48,362 bases of DNA, taken from NCBI GenBank assembly GCA_049680165.1, contig JBAUHH010000393.1, positions 1 through 48,362 on the forward strand, written 5' to 3'. Shown here piece after piece: positions 47,660 through 48,362 of this stretch. The DNA comes from Pseudolabrys sp. Its GTDB lineage: Bacteria; Pseudomonadota; Alphaproteobacteria; Rhizobiales; Xanthobacteraceae. The notes under the pieces are model-generated. The model was not told the origin of the DNA and searched no databases. It saw nothing but the letters and a program-made list of their open reading frames with translations. Made by a program: the position numbers and the translations under genes. Every line of letters begins with the position of its first letter. Within the stretch, counting starts at the first letter, position 1.

Positions 47660-48362
47660 ATGTCGTTCAATACGTTCGGTCATCTTTTCCGCTTCACCAG
47701 CTTCGGCGAAAGCCACGGGGCGGCGATCGGCTGCGTGGTCGATGGCTGTCCGCCGCGGATTCCGTTAACGGCGGAAGATATCCAGGCGGAGCTCGACCGC
47801 CGGCGGCCGGGCCAGTCGCGATTTACCACGCAGCGGCAAGAGCCCGACGCGGTGAAGATCATGTCCGGCGTATTCGTCGACGAGGCGAGCGGCCGGATGG
47901 TGACCACCGGCACTCCGATCATGCTGATGATCGAGAACGTCGACCAGCGCTCGAAGGATTATTCCGAGATCAAGGACAAATACCGGCCCGGCCACGCCGG
48001 TTACACATACGACGTCAAATACGGCCTGCGCGATTATCGCGGGGGCGGGCGCTCCTCGGCGCGCGAGACCGCGTGCCGCGTGGCTGCCGGTGCTGTCGCG
48101 CGCAAAATTGTGCCGGGGATGGCCGTGCGCGCTGCGCTGGTGCAGATGGGGCCGCACAAGATCGACCGCCGGCGCTGGGATTGGGACGAGATCGATCGCA
48201 ATCCATTCTTCTGTCCGGATCGGGAAGCCGCTGCACAGTGGGAGCCGTATCTCGACGGCATCCGCAAGGCCGGCTCTTCGATCGGGGCGGTGATCGAGGT
48301 CGTGGCCGAAGGCGTGCCGCCGGGCCTCGGCGCACCGGTTTACGGAAAGCTCGATGCCGACC
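47660..48362 (+). CDS. aroC: Chorismate synthase (truncated by window end)
   Basis: [45 protein letters not shown]. Confidence 0.96.
   Translation, partial: MSFNTFGHLFRFTSFGESHGAAIGCVVDGCPPRIPLTAEDIQAELDRRRPGQSRFTTQRQEPDAVKIMSGVFVDEASGRMVTTGTPIMLMIENVDQRSKDYSEIKDKYRPGHAGYTYDVKYGLRDYRGGGRSSARETACRVAAGAVARKIVPGMAVRAALVQMGPHKIDRRRWDWDEIDRNPFFCPDREAAAQWEPYLDGIRKAGSSIGAVIEVVAEGVPPGLGAPVYGKLDAD

Noticed and set aside
1..48362. CRISPR array, prophage, IS or integrase, defence or toxin system
   Set aside because: No repeat-spacer array and no ORF with such motifs was seen

Overview
High-GC window of alphaproteobacterial chromosome. Gene content and intergenic repeats point to Hyphomicrobiales, probably Xanthobacteraceae/Nitrobacteraceae-like (inference). 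It is densely coding, with about 50 CDS and one tRNA-Pro(CGG), and is mostly conserved backbone: DUF47-pit, sleB-type hydrolase, acuI, ygfZ-tag-HD-PTP-PaaI, pyrC, TIGR02301-NUDIX, SRAP, tsaC/sua5, DUF898-M48-DUF1499, acyl-CoA ligase, corA, pdxH, a DnaJ/CbpA gene, an ECF sigma/anti-sigma pair, fabI and a truncated aroC. A probable accessory block follows the tRNA (PAS hybrid kinase, GT2, Bug-araD-Bug, ICMT). I saw no integrase, transposase, CRISPR array, phage gene or defence system, and I cannot support a clear new multi-gene system. The strongest sequence-level anomalies are: a single in-frame TAA in the conserved GxEGTLG motif of an otherwise intact FAD oxidoreductase; an RPGHAD to RPGHAG change in aroC; a perfect CtrA box and a near-perfect one in front of uncharacterised genes; a perfect EcfG/SigT promoter in front of the hybrid kinase; a candidate structured sRNA; a secreted Lys/Ser-rich microprotein with a tandem operator-like repeat; and four miniature palindromic repeat elements. 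All family calls come from motif recognition by eye, not from database searches.
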